This document shows, piece after piece, positions 21,926 to 34,071 of a stretch of DNA of 64,000 nt. The number at the start of each line of letters is the position of its first letter. The first letter of the stretch is position 1. The DNA lies in contig VJWM01000016.1 in assembly GCA_010909165.1 (NCBI GenBank), forward strand, positions 62,001 to 126,000, in the 5' to 3' direction. The DNA is from Anthoceros angustus. Taxonomy: Eukaryota; Plantae; Anthocerotophyta. The position numbers and the translations under genes are program-made. The notes beneath the pieces were generated by a model, which saw only the letters and a program-made list of their open reading frames with translations, did no database searches and was not told the DNA's origin.

Positions 21926-24900
21926 GCCACCGTTAAGATCGAAGAGGTGGCCGACACCCCGAAATCGGTCGCAGCCTCCTCCAAACTGCCCGCAGCCCGA
22001 TCCAGTGCCGACTTGAACCATGTGCCCATCAAACTGCAGGTGAAGCTGCACGGCGTCACGGCCACGGGACTGTTGGACAGGGGCGCCAGCCACCACTACA
22101 TGTCCCACGCGGCCGCGCTCAGGGCTGGCCTCCCCATACAAGACACGGGACATGAGTCCACGGTAGTGACGGCTCTGGACAGCAGGGACACGGGCAAGGA
22201 ATTCAACACCTCGTCAGTGGTTACCTTCCCGGGCGGTTATGAGGAGACTCTTCAGTTCACCGTTATGCCTACGTTGTGCCATGATCTCATTATTGGTAAG
22301 CCCTGGCTCGCCCAGCACTCCGGCCAGCTGAACATCGACTGGGCGAACAACATCGTCAGGTTAGCCACAGGACATGAGCAGCACGTCATGTCAGGAGACA
22401 AGTACGTGCCGGACAAACATCTGTTTGCAGTCTCAGCCTTAAATAAAGCAACTGCCCCGGGCAGCTTCCTGTATGTCGCAAGGCTAAAGAGAGTCTTACC
22501 TCTGGAGGGCACCCCCGAGTCCCGTGCAGCCAAGGCGCAGGAGGCCGAGGATGCCCTACCTGCCGAAATGAAGGAGCTGCTGCATGACTATGCAGACCTC
22601 TTCGCCGTGCCCACGGAGCTGCCGCCGAGCCATAGATCACGCTATCGAGCTCATCCCAGGCCACAAGCCCGTCAGCATCCCGCCCTACAGGACGTCAGCA
22701 GTGGAAAACGAGGAGATTAAGAGACAGGTAGACGAATTCCTTCAACAAGGGTTCGTCAGGGCTTCGGTCTCACCTTTCGGCGGCCCCGTCCTGCTGGTAG
22801 GAAAACCCGATGGGGGATGGCGTCTCTGCATCGATTACAGGGGCCTCAATCGAGCCACAGTCAGAAACGTGTATCAGATGCCCCGGGTGGATGAGATATT
22901 AGATCAACTACACGGAGCGAAATTTTTCACGAAGATTGACTTACGTTCAGGGTTTCACCAAATCCGCATCCGAGAGGGGCAGTACATTGCGTTGGTAACG
23001 CCACGCCGGTTTTGTGTAATGCCGTTTGGGCTCACAAACGCGCCCGCCACCTTTCAGTGTCTGATGCAGGAGCTCCTCCGGCCCCTCCTCGGCCATGGTG
23101 TGGAAGTCTTCTTGGACGACATACTCATATACACAGCGGATCCTGCCAGTCACTACAAGCTGGTTAGACAAGTATTTGAGCTGCTCAAGACACACAGGCT
23201 GTGCGCCAAACGCAGCAAGTGTGTATTCTTCCAAACAGAGTGCGAGTACCTGGGCCATATAATCAGCGGGGACGGCATTCGGGTGGACACCAGAAAGATC
23301 CGAGCCATCTCCGACTGGCCGTTACCACAAGACCTCACTCAGCTCCGAGGGTTCCTAGGTATGGCCGGATTTTACCGAAGATTCGTCAAAGACTTCAGTA
23401 AGATGGCTCTCCCTCTGACAGACGCACTCCGCCAGTCTGCAACCAAGACATTCCAGTTGGGTCAAGACGGGCACCAGGCCTTTCTCAAGCTCAAGGCGGC
23501 CCTCTGCACTGCCCCAATCCTCGCCGTAGCGAACCCACACTTACCTTATGTGGTGCACACAGATGCAAGCGACTACGCCGTTGGAGCGGTCCTCTCCCAA
23601 GATGGCCGAGTCATCGCTTATGAGTCGAAGAAGTTACAGGGGGCGCAGGTGAACTACGCCGTCCACGACAAGGAAATGTTCGCAATCGTCCATGCGCTCA
23701 AGCTCGGAGACACTACTTGCTTTGGGCTCACAAACGCCGCCACCTTCGATGTCGATGCAGAGCTCCTCCGGCCCCTCCTCGGCCATGGTGGAAGTCTTCG
23801 ACGACATACTCATATACACTGGATCCCGCCACTACCATGTCGGTTAGACAAGTATTTGAGCACTCAAGACACACAGTGTCGTAACGCAGCAAGTGTGTAT
23901 TCTTCCAAACAGTCAGTACAGGCCATATAATCAGCGGGGACGGCATTCGGGTGGACACCAGAAAGATCCGAGCCATCTCCGACTGGCCGTTACCACAAGA
24001 CCTCACTCAGCTCCGAGGGTTCCTAGGTATGGCCGGATTTTACCGAAGATTCGTCAAAGACTTCAGTAAGATGGCTCTCCCTCGGCACGCACTCGCATCA
24101 ACCAAGACATTCCAGTTGGGTCAAGACGGGCACCAGGCCTTTCTCAAGCTCAAGGCGGCCCTCTGCACTGCCCCAATCCTCGCCGTAGCGAACCCACACT
24201 TACCTTATGTGGTGCACACAGATGCAAGCGACTACGCCGTTGGAGCGGTCCTCTCCCAAGATGGCCGAGTCATCGCTTATGAGTCGAAGAAGTTACAGGG
24301 GGCGCAGGTGAACTACGCCGTCCACGACAAGGAAATGTTCGCAATCGTCCATGCGCTCAAGCTCTGGAGACACTACTTGCTGGGCCAGCGCTTCACCTGC
24401 CACACCGACCATCATTCATTGCAACATTTCTTCAGTCAGCCCAATTTGAATGCACGCCAACGACGCTGGGCAGAATACCTGGCAGATTTCAACTTCGATA
24501 TCCGCTATGTCACAGGGCCCTCGAATGTTGTTGCGGACGCTCTCAGTCGCCGGGCGTGCACCCTCATGACGACTCAGTTAGACACCATCCGCCAGGTACG
24601 GGAAGCCCTCCCACAGGATAGTACCTTGTGGCAAGTGTACCAGCAGTTACTCTCAGATGTGCAGACGGGACACCCCACGCAGCTCATGCAAGAGTACATG
24701 ATCAAGGACGCTTGCCTGTATAGGAAGGGACGCTTGGTCATCCCTTCGCACCTCACAGGCCTCAAGACCGCAATCCTCCATGATCTCCATGATAGCCCCA
24801 TGGCAGGGCATCTCGGCGTGGACAAAACCTATGCCCGCGCCAAGGATCATTTCTACTGGGATGGCCTCCGTGCAGACGCAATCAACTGGGTCCGGTCTTG

Positions 24901-26945
24901 CACCTCCGCCGCAGCCAAAACCGACAATCGAAAAGCTTGAGCAAGTTGCTTCCCTACAAATTCCCCTTTGAGGTTGAATCCATTTCCATGGATTTCATTA
25001 CCCACCTGCCCAGGACCAGGTCGGGAAAGGATAGCATCTGGGTCGTTATGGATCGGCTCTCCAAGACCTGCCATTTTGTCCCAACCACTGGTACGATCAC
25101 GGCACCCAAGTTGGCTCAGCTGTTCCTACGGGAGATATTCAGATTGCATGGAATTCCCGCCAGCATTGTCTCAGATCGAGACACCAAGTTTACAGCAGGC
25201 TTCTGGAAATGTTTCACAGAATCCCTCGGCATCAGCCAGAACTTATCTTCGGCTTGCCATCCTGAGTCGGATGGGCAAACCGAAAAACAGAACCAAGTTC
25301 TTGAAGACATGCTCAGGCACTTCACACATGAGAAGCAAAGCAATTGGGAGGCTATGCTACCTCTCCTCGAATACGCTTACAATACCTCAAAACACGCCGC
25401 CACAGGGGTGGCGCCCTTCAAGCTCCTTTATGGCTCATGCCCGCCACCTCCCGGCCTCTGGCCCTCTGCCCAAGAAAAATGGTCCAGCGCCGCAAAACTG
25501 GCAGAGGATGTGTATCACGAGGTTCAGCAAGCGCGCAAGAAATTGTCTGCAGCACAGAACCGGTACAGCAAGTGCGCCAACAAACACCGCAGAGATATTA
25601 CTTACACAGTTGGGCAACAGGTATGGCTCCGCATACGCCCTCACCGGTATCCATCGCTCATCCAGCCCAAGGGGAAGCTCTCCTACAGGTTCGCTGGTCC
25701 ATTTGCGATCACCAAGCAAATCAATCCGGTGGCGTATCAGCTCGCACTTCCTGCAGACTGGAAGATCTGCAAGACCTTCCATGTGTCGATGCTCAAACCA
25801 GTGGTCTCTCGCGCCCCGCATCTCTGCCAGGACGTACCACCATCGCCCTCACCGGTATCCCATGGCTCGAGTCCCACCACACAACCCAAGACTCACGGCC
25901 CCAGCTCCACCGGCCGACCACCGCCATTTTGTACACGCTCACCCACGACAAGAACCCGGCCTCACGGTCTCGCCGGCCAAGCACCACGGCTGTGATCTCA
26001 CGGCCCCAGCTCCACCCGACAGTAACCCGCCGGCCGACCACCGCCATGGCAAGGGCGTTGTTTCACACTCGCCCCACGCCGCTCCACGCCCGCATAACGC
26101 CGACCTCTTCGCCAACTCACCGCCACCACTACCCGCACAACGCGAATCGACGACACTAGCCCGACACCGGCCCCACGTGGCCCCGACCGCATCCTCCAGG
26201 TTAGACACCGCAAGCTTCGTAATCGAACTCGATCGATTGTCTGCGGCACAGGCAGTGCAAGTGCGCCAACAAACACCGCAGAGATATTACTTACGGTTGG
26301 GCAGTATGGCTCACGCCGCCCTCACCATTATCCATCGCTCATCCGGAGGAAGCTCTCCTCTGAGTTCGCTGGTCCATTTGCGATCACCAAATCAATCCGG
26401 TGGCGTGCTCATTTCGCACTTCCTGCGGTGGAAGATGCAAGACCTTCCCGATGCTCAAACGGTGGTCTCGCGCCCGCATCTCGGGCGTACCACCATGGTG
26501 AGACCGTCAGGCGGTATCCCATGGCCAGTCTGCCACAACCCGGCCTCACGGTCTCGCCGGCCAGCACCAGCTGGCTAGCGATCGCGAGCTCCACCGGCAG
26601 CACCGGCCGACCACCGCCATGGCAAGGCGTTGTTTCCACACTTCGCCCACGCCCACGCCCCTGTGATCGGACCTCGGCCGGCCCTCTTCGCCAACCAGCG
26701 TCCACCGGCCCTACACCGCTGGCGTGCGAATCGACGACACTGGCAGGCCGCAGGCCCCGCGTGGCCCCGACCGCATCCTCCGGGTTAGACACAGCCGTGT
26801 CGAACTCGATCGATTGTCGGTAGGATGGAGCAACGAAGCCGACACCTTGGCCACCTGGGAACCGGCTATCTGGTGTCGACAATTCCCTCAGCTCCAGCAA
26901 CAGCTCCAAGGTCTGGAGGACCAGCCCTCGCTCAGTGGGGGAGAA
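21926..26945 (+). pseudogene. Retrotransposon pol (PR-RT-RH-IN-chromodomain), frameshifted with two internal duplications
   Basis: ORFs 21923..22720 (PR), 22584..23930 (RT/RH), 23951..24940 (RH and IN zinc finger), 24898..25995 (IN core) and 26724..27029 (chromodomain-like). Confidence 0.9.
26934..26945 (+). promoter_or_regulatory. Polypurine tract
   Basis: AGTGGGGGAGAA-like purine run immediately before the 3' LTR. Confidence 0.85.
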
Positions 26946-27337
26946 TGTCACATGGGTGACCATCCCGAATCCTCAGCCGGCACAGTCACAAGGGGCAGGA
27001 ACCTTGGCCGTAAGTTGGGGACCAGCTAGGTCAGAAAGGTGGGGGGCAGCTAACCCCTTTTTCGCGTCCGAGCGGAGGCGAGCTCCTACGGCCGGATCGT
27101 ATTTCGACATCTTGGTTCGTAATAAGGCCTCGTAAACTAGGTTAACCCAAATACATAGATGAATAGTCGGTTTAGATAAATAATTAGCTTAGTATAGTTC
27201 CAACCGTATTAGTTAGGAAATACTTCTTGACACATAACTTGAATACCCTATATGTACACTACATCACAGCAACAAAGACAGCTTGTTCCAGGCTCATTTG
27301 CTTCCAAGGTCCACAGCACGGATCGAGGCTTGCAACA
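26946..27337 (+). repeat. 3' LTR (392 bp)
   Basis: Direct repeat of 18640-19024, followed by TSD ATGAC. Confidence 0.95.
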
Positions 27338-27401
27338 ATGACCTTCATAACAACCTTAAAATAATCTATTCCTCATTTATGATATTATGTTGAATTACTT
27401 A

Positions 27402-27866
27402 GGACCGCGCTGGCGGTTTGGGTGTAGTTGAATTGTAGAGTTCAGCTGCTAGTTGGACACGTGGCGGATTTGAACTACATGAACTAGAACACAGACACAA
27501 TTCGATGTGGCATGTAGTTGGTTGATGTGGCAGAGTGTAGTTTAGTTTAGATCAAACTTATTAGTGAGCTAAACTATCTGCAAATCCTCAATTATTCAGT
27601 TGAACTGAGGTAAAATAATAAATTTATTTTTTACTTCTTATTATTTAACTTTTTTTCTTACCAAATACCCTTTACTTTCTATCTCATTCGTTTCCCTCCC
27701 CCTTCTCTCATGCTTCCCTCCCGTTTCCCTCCACACCTCCATTTTGTACACGTTCACCCATGGCTGCACGAGACTGGGCCCTACTCTAGTTGATGTATGT
27801 GGTTTAATTCGTGTTGTTTGATCGAACTGCTTAGCAGTTCTACACTAGCCTAGTGTGGAGAGGTCC
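27402..27866. mobile_element. Putative Tourist/PIF-Harbinger-like MITE (465 bp)
   Basis: Flanked by TTA on both sides (27399-27401, 27867-27869). Ends GGACC...GGTCC, with weak further inverted similarity (GTGTAG/CTACAC). Non-coding interior. Confidence 0.5.
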
Positions 27867-29750
27867 TTAGATTAACTGACGATTGATGAATATGAGCAAA
27901 AAAAATTAAATAAACCCTCGTTTAATTTAATGCATGTCTAATAGATTAAGTGTTACTTGGCAATGACACCCACTATAAAAATAAAGTAAGTTCTATTAAA
28001 AAGGTATTCTTACTAAATGTTATCCTTTGCTGAAAAATTTAAACATAGGTAAATTCATTTTACCTCATTAACTTTTTTAGACTTATTAGTTTGTTGTCCC
28101 TCGCTAATTTTGTATTTAAAAGTTATCTTGAAATATAAGATGTCCCAATACATCCAATGACTTTTAAAATATTCAGATTGTAAAAATATGAAGAACGGAA
28201 AATGGATGCAAAAACGAAATGCGAAGCACATACATACTTTAGCCCCAAATTTTGTTTAAGCATCAACAAATATCATTCTAAGTCTTAAATATTAAGAATA
28301 AAATGTTATTCAAAAACCAACAAATCCTATTCTAAGTCTTAAATATTAAGACTAAAGTGTGTTAGCTTGCTAGTAACATCCATTAGCAACCGCATGGCAT
28401 TGCAATTTTTGGATGTGAGCGCCAACAAGGTTACCGGACATCAATAAGTGGTGAAGTTTTAAGAGAACAATGAGAGAGGCCATTGCAAGTAGGAGATCTC
28501 GACTATGATGGATGGCCTTCAAAGTTTCGCAAATGGGTGATAGAGCAGCTAGAGCAATATACTTGCCATTATCTCCAAAGTTAACTCCAAGCAGAACCGC
28601 CAAAGCACAAGCACAAAAATGTGCAATTCACAATATTACCGATAACAACAATGCTAGAAATCAATCTGCTTTTTTTCCGCTCAGAAGTGCCTTAGGTCTG
28701 GGGCTCGTTATAACCCGCTTTGATTAATTATTTTGGGAAGAACACTCTACCAAAAAAACAACAAAAGCAAAAACCGGAAGCCCATATGATCCCAAAGCCA
28801 ACAACATCCAAAGCTCCAAACACACCACAGTGAAGTCGGAAGACCTATCAAGTATCTCAAAATACCCAGCTCTGTCTCCAAACCCCGAGAGGGGCCTTTG
28901 AATGCCGCTTGTAAATAATGTTTTCCCAACATTTCTATGCTTAGTAAAGAAATCTTGCTAAATTAGGAAATATTACCAATTTAAATAAAACTAGTCTTAT
29001 TATTAAGATAATCTCTCCAAATTTTTAAAGTATTCATTTTCCTATTTAGGGAATAAATTTTGATAATATCTCCAAATTTATAAAGTCTTCATTTTCCTAT
29101 TTAGGGAACGAATGAAAAAGTATAAGAAAGGTCATTGAGCGGTGTCGATGGAGCTGGTAGCGCACCAATTGAGCTTCTACGACAATAGATAGGGGTCAGG
29201 ATGAATTGATGAACTTGACTCAGCTCCCATATTCATCAATTCCCGTATTTGGTAGCTTTTGTTTCCACGATACAAAATTTTATACTATATTTATCTCTGA
29301 GCCTTATTTAAGAATGTCTAAGCCGTATTTTAGCATACATGCCTGGGCCTTATTTTAGCGGCTATTCATTTATTGTTTTCACGGCACAGGGTTCCATTCT
29401 ATGTTTATCTCTATACCTTATTTTAGCATCTCTAAGACTTATTTTAGCATACCTCGCCATTAACGGTTTGCCATGCGTTCCTCCATTTTGCATAGTTATG
29501 ATGGTCCATCCATTTTGCGGAATTATGATGTGTTTGAGGGTCTACATCTCTTTTGCTTCATGCCAAATTCTTTGATCTTCTACCGCCTCTGCATATGGGA
29601 GGGCAGGTTTGCTGATAGAGCACCTAATTATTGCATATGGGAGGGCAACAAATGGGAGGGCAGGCCTGTTGATAGAATACCTAGTTATTGGATTATCAGT
29701 TGTGGATTTTATTGTTGGGCTTTGGCGTTTAGGATCTATTGTTTTGTTCC

Positions 29751-30458
29751 ATGGGATCGTGGAAGTTTTTGGAGTTGGCCACAATTGCAATATGCGTGCT
29801 TGTAGTAATAGTGGACTGCGTCCACCCTGCAGAAGCGAGGTCTATTCGTGTGATGCGAGTTTTTCATAAACGACGGCCATTACAATTTCATCCTGGTGTG
29901 CATAATCGTGGAGCATCCAATTATGCTGTGCTATGGAAGGGTGGTGGAGAATGGTCATGGAAAGGCGGTGTAAATTGGTCACGGAAAGGCACTTTAGACT
30001 GGCACCATGGTACTGATGCAACATACACTGGATTTAAGGGAGTCAGCGGAAAAGTTTCCTTTAAGCATGAAGCGGATGCTGTAGCTTTCACCTCGGATGC
30101 AAGACCTATATCCATAACAAAGAGTGTGGAGCCTAAAGACAGCCTTAAAGGTGATTGGATCACTTATGTTGAGAATTTTATTGGCAATACACCAGCCTCT
30201 GCTCCCGTCGTCATGCCTGGGCTTTTCAAAGGACCTCCTTTTTTAGAATCACCACCGAATCCGGTGGGCACAGCGCGACAACCTTTTAAGGGCTCAAAGC
30301 GGCCTTCCGTGCCAGATAAAGTAGCATATAAAGGTGGTGATTTTATGCTGCTTTTAGCTATGTTGATCTTGTTTGCAATGTGTGAGATTTGTCCGGCAAG
30401 ACTTACCTTATGTTGTGCGGGCATGCCAGAACGTAAGAGAGGAGACAACAACGACTGA
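29751..30458 (+). CDS. Orphan secreted protein with a Trp/Gly/Lys repeat segment; possible 96-bp intron 30334-30429
   Basis: Signal peptide MGSWKFLELATIAICVLVVIVDCVHPAEA-RS; LWKGGGEWSWKGGVNWSRKGTLDW segment; long ORF in AT-rich surroundings. An in-frame GT...AG segment would remove a spurious-looking hydrophobic stretch. Confidence 0.6.
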   Translation: MGSWKFLELATIAICVLVVIVDCVHPAEARSIRVMRVFHKRRPLQFHPGVHNRGASNYAVLWKGGGEWSWKGGVNWSRKGTLDWHHGTDATYTGFKGVSGKVSFKHEADAVAFTSDARPISITKSVEPKDSLKGDWITYVENFIGNTPASAPVVMPGLFKGPPFLESPPNPVGTARQPFKGSKRPSVPDKVAYKGGDFMLLLAMLILFAMCEICPARLTLCCAGMPERKRGDNND

Positions 30459-30677
30459 TTTTCGTAGCACAATCCAGAATACTGTTTTAGGTGAGTGAAA
30501 GTGCTGAAAGTAATTGTGGAGTCTAGAAAGGTCAATGAAACGTAGATTTCAAAACATTTTGTTTGGAATGTATCTTTGTTCCTAGTTTCGACTCACAATA
30601 GTTCCTTCTATGTATTTTTACATAGATTGTCTACCTAGTTCAAACTCAAAGATTTTTACGCAGGTCCTCAACTCTAA

Positions 30678-30765
30678 CTTAGAGTACGGGACAATGGGCT
30701 TAGAGTACAGGACAATGGGCTAAGAGTATAGGACAATGGGCTTTAGAGTACAAAACAATGGGCTC
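30678..30765. repeat. Minisatellite, 21-bp unit x4
   Basis: CTTAGAGTACAGGACAATGGG variants. Confidence 0.85.
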
Positions 30766-31394
30766 TATGCATTGCTATTGTATTGTTATTGTGTTAGTTT
30801 GACAAATGAAAATGAAAAATCAAATGCATTTTTTTGGAGTATATCTTTATTCTTGTCTCAAACTGGAAGATTTTTACATGGGTCCCAAACTTTAAGATTA
30901 AGGACAATAGGCTCTGGATATTGACTTCATATTTCTAAAATTTTAAGATTAGAGGATAATAGGCTCTGGGTATTGACTTTATATTTCTATTTATTGTATC
31001 AGATTGATAAATGCTTGTGAGAGTCAAATGCAAATCACCTCTGTACACCCAGCTCTAGGTGGGAGCTGAACTAGAACCATATTGGTATAAAAAATGCGAA
31101 CTTGCATGCCAAAATTTTTTTCTGTTAATTATTTATATTTTAACATCTTATGAATATATCTCTAGTATACATCCACCCAAAATCTCCATTGAGACAAGAT
31201 GTGCCCAGAATTTTTCATTGAAACTAGATGTGCATGTTATTTTGATTTCTAAAAGATCCTAAGACTAACAAGTAAGAAGGCCATGTTAGCCATGAGGTAG
31301 CTAAAGACATAAGTGATACTAAGAGTTAGTCAAGCTAGCTAAAGACATGAGTGATAAGACATAAGTGATAACAAAGAGTTAGTCAGCCAATAGG

Positions 31395-31532
31395 GGTGTA
31401 CCTCGGGGCTATGAAGGAGCTAGGTGTACCTCGGGGCTATAAAGGAGCTAGGTGTACCTCGGGGCTATAAAGGAGCTAGGTGTACCTCGGAGTCATAAAG
31501 GAGCTAGGTGTAACTTGGGGCTATGAAGGAGC
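31395..31532. repeat. Minisatellite, 28-bp unit x~5
   Basis: GGTGTACCTCGGGGCTATAAAGGAGCTA variants. Confidence 0.9.
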
Positions 31533-31792
31533 ACTGTGGGGACGTCAAGGAGCGCGCTTTAGTGTTCGTGTTTTTCTTGTACAGGGATTATTTTAAAACA
31601 ATTTCTTCGAAACTTACAAAGTTAGTCCGAAGCCTGCATAGAGCACAACGCTGCTCAGAAGATATGCAACTAGATACCAATCGTTCCGGGCTTAATCCAA
31701 ACCTCAGCCAGATAACAGCATATACTCGAGGCATAACACCCGTGACCAATCAGCTGAAAGATTAGATTGCTATATCTAGGGACTGTTCTCCG

Positions 31793-32932
31793 TCATTGGC
31801 CATCTACCAATTTCCCGTCTCCTGCCCCAACTGGACCAGTTCTTAAGTCCTGACAAGGTCTTGCGACATGCTGCCTAAGATTGGAGAGACCGGGACAACA
31901 CTGATTCATGGCTTGGCAAAGATGCTGAGTACTGTGAGAACGAAACAACTGACAACAAGGTGCTTGTTGCTGCGTATGCACAGCACACGGGAAGTATACA
32001 GGTGGCACAAAGCCACAAGGTGATCTACAAGGCCAAAAATTTGGATGGTGACAATGGTAGTGGCAGTAGCACGGGTAGACAGCAGGAGAGCCTGACGGGT
32101 AGGAGTGACCGCTGTATGTCTGAGCAAAATTATTGCTGTCATACTGGTGCATACCTTGCCAGCCAGCATAAGCTGCCCACGACTGTAACTGCTGTCGCAA
32201 TAACTGCTGCTGATGTTCCAACTCGTGGAGATGATTAAAGATCTGCTGCAAAGCAGGATGCTGGTCATTTCCGGAAAAGTTTTCATACGCTTTGGCCGTG
32301 TCATACCCATAAGGCTCGTTCCATGTTGCTTGCTCTTGCTCGATAGTTTCTTCGACACCAGGAGTCATGGACACACCTGCCTGTGCATCAGCATCAGCTG
32401 CACACCCCACCACCTCCACATAATCCTCAATTCCATTATCCCTGTCCATCCACCAACAACGCTCACCCCATGTAAGAGGACAACCCCGCTGGATTCCTCA
32501 AAATGATGTCGCTCAACCTGGAGTAAGTAGAGATACGAAACTTAAGAGAGTTGTCGGATTTTACCTTCCTAACTGCTCGTCAACAGGAGAAAGATCTCCT
32601 CCCACGAAATCAGAGCTGGTAGTAGCAATTTCGTGACCCTCATCACCGCCAGTGTTCGCACCTTTTCGCTTGGGTGCCATTCCATGCATTTCCTGCTACA
32701 TCATTTAAACTAGAGACTGTTAGAACACAGAAAGAAGCCCACCTTCTCAGCAAGAGCTTACGCAGCAGGCCGTGACCTGCAATCCGCAAACTCCAGCCAC
32801 ATTTGGGCTCACCACCAGAATGCCTCAGAAGCGGAGGTCAGGGTTTCGAAGCGCGCAAGGTACCTGATACTTGGACATTGCGGAATTGAAAGCGTTGATA
32901 AGCGCGGAGTCGTCCCATTCCGCTAGAGCCAT
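31793..32932 (-). CDS. Plant survival-motor-neuron (SMN) N-terminal-domain protein; complement(join(31793..32441,32565..32692,32864..32932)); 3' end uncertain
   Basis: Exon 1 MALAEWDDSALINAFNSAMSKYQ is the SMN Gemin2-binding motif and is missed by the ORF track. Introns are GT-AG with consistent phases (0,2). Exon 3 has HELEHQQQLLRQQLQ followed by a Cys/His/Pro-rich region. Confidence 0.78.
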
Positions 32933-33190
32933 GGCTGCTGCTTGCTCCGGTGCCGAGCACGGCAGCCATGAAACCTAGCTAAAAGCTTAACCCTAGACTA
33001 CACTGCATCCCAGTAGCCGTCACCTAACCTAGGGCTGACGACCGTGGAGTCGAGTTGAGGCTGAAAGGCTGGAGAGCCCGTGAGTAAAAAATCCTGGTCT
33101 CGTTTCGTTATCATTTACGGGCAACTGTGCACACTCAGAACTCTGTAGCTAACAAAATTAAAAACAGATCATTAGTTCACAAATTGCGTA

Positions 33191-33284
33191 ACAGCTTTGA
33201 CCGAGTGGTTACGGCGCGTGTTGTTGTTGTGTGTCTGCTTACAACATGGGTCTGCTAGTGAGAGTTCGAATCTCTCAGGCTGCG
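33191..33284 (+). pseudogene. tRNA-Ser(GCT)-derived pseudogene
   Basis: A-box TGACCGAGTGG and T-arm/acceptor GAGAGTTCGAATCTCTCAGGCTGCG resemble plant tRNA-Ser(GCT). CTGCTTA loop at 33235-33241. There is a (TTG)n insertion before the anticodon loop and a 1:72 mismatch. Confidence 0.7.
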
Positions 33285-34071
33285 TTCGTTCTCATGCTCA
33301 TGCTGCCCTTGTCCGGGTATTCATTAGCGCTGTCCTCACCATAAGTGATTTTGCGAGAGGTCCCCAGTTCTTTCTGGCTTGTCTTTAAACTTTCTTATGT
33401 GGGTAGTGTGCAGTGTTGCAAGCGATGTCAGGTTGCTTGAGAACCTGTCGAGACGCAGGACCGACCTAAGTACAGGATAAAAATCTATGTTGATCACACC
33501 AGGCTTACAAAAGGTGCTGAGCCTCCAGTTTGTAGCTTAGGCTCGGAAGCTGGTACAGCACTCATCTTTACTCCTCAGTCTAGTCTCGTTATGAAATTGT
33601 TCAAAGACTCTGTTGGAGCAACTCGCTGGACCATGGCTAGTCTCCACCCTGTACATGCTCATAGACGACACCTGCTATACCATGTCACTTGACTATGGTG
33701 AGAGAAAGTCACAATAGGAAAGGACATGGAGAGATGGAAGAAACTATACAGAGACGGAAGAAACTATCCAGAGATAGAAGAAACTCCGATTGGCGGCGGA
33801 AGACCCATGTAGAATATGGTAGCTTCCGGTTCTCAGCCTTTCCAACCGCTCACACTGCATGTCATTCTGGGTTGTGGATGACATGCCGCGTGAGCGGCGT
33901 CCTATCCTCAGCGTCTCCAGCGTGGGCGAAAGATCCATTCAAAGGCACGAGGGCCCCGTTCCCTCTCACCGCATTATGCTGTTTTCGGCTTGCAGTCTCC
34001 GCGGGTTATTAGCAGCCTCTGCCGGACTGTCGCCCGCCATGGCCATAATGTACATCACGGTAATGGTGGAG

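Larger units (their letters stand above)
18640..27337 (+). mobile_element. Full-length Ty3/gypsy LTR retrotransposon, chromovirus (Reina-like)
   Basis: TG...CA LTRs at 18640-19024 and 26946-27337. 5-bp TSD ATGAC at 18635-18639 and 27338-27342. PBS and PPT present. Order is gag, protease (LLDRGASH), RT (FLDDILIY), RNase H (TDASDYAVGAVL), integrase (HDSPMAGHLG, MDFITHLP, SDRD, GQTE, RFAGPF), then a chromodomain-like tail (VGWSNEADTLATWEP...QFP...LEDQPSLSGGE) running into the PPT. Confidence 0.95.
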
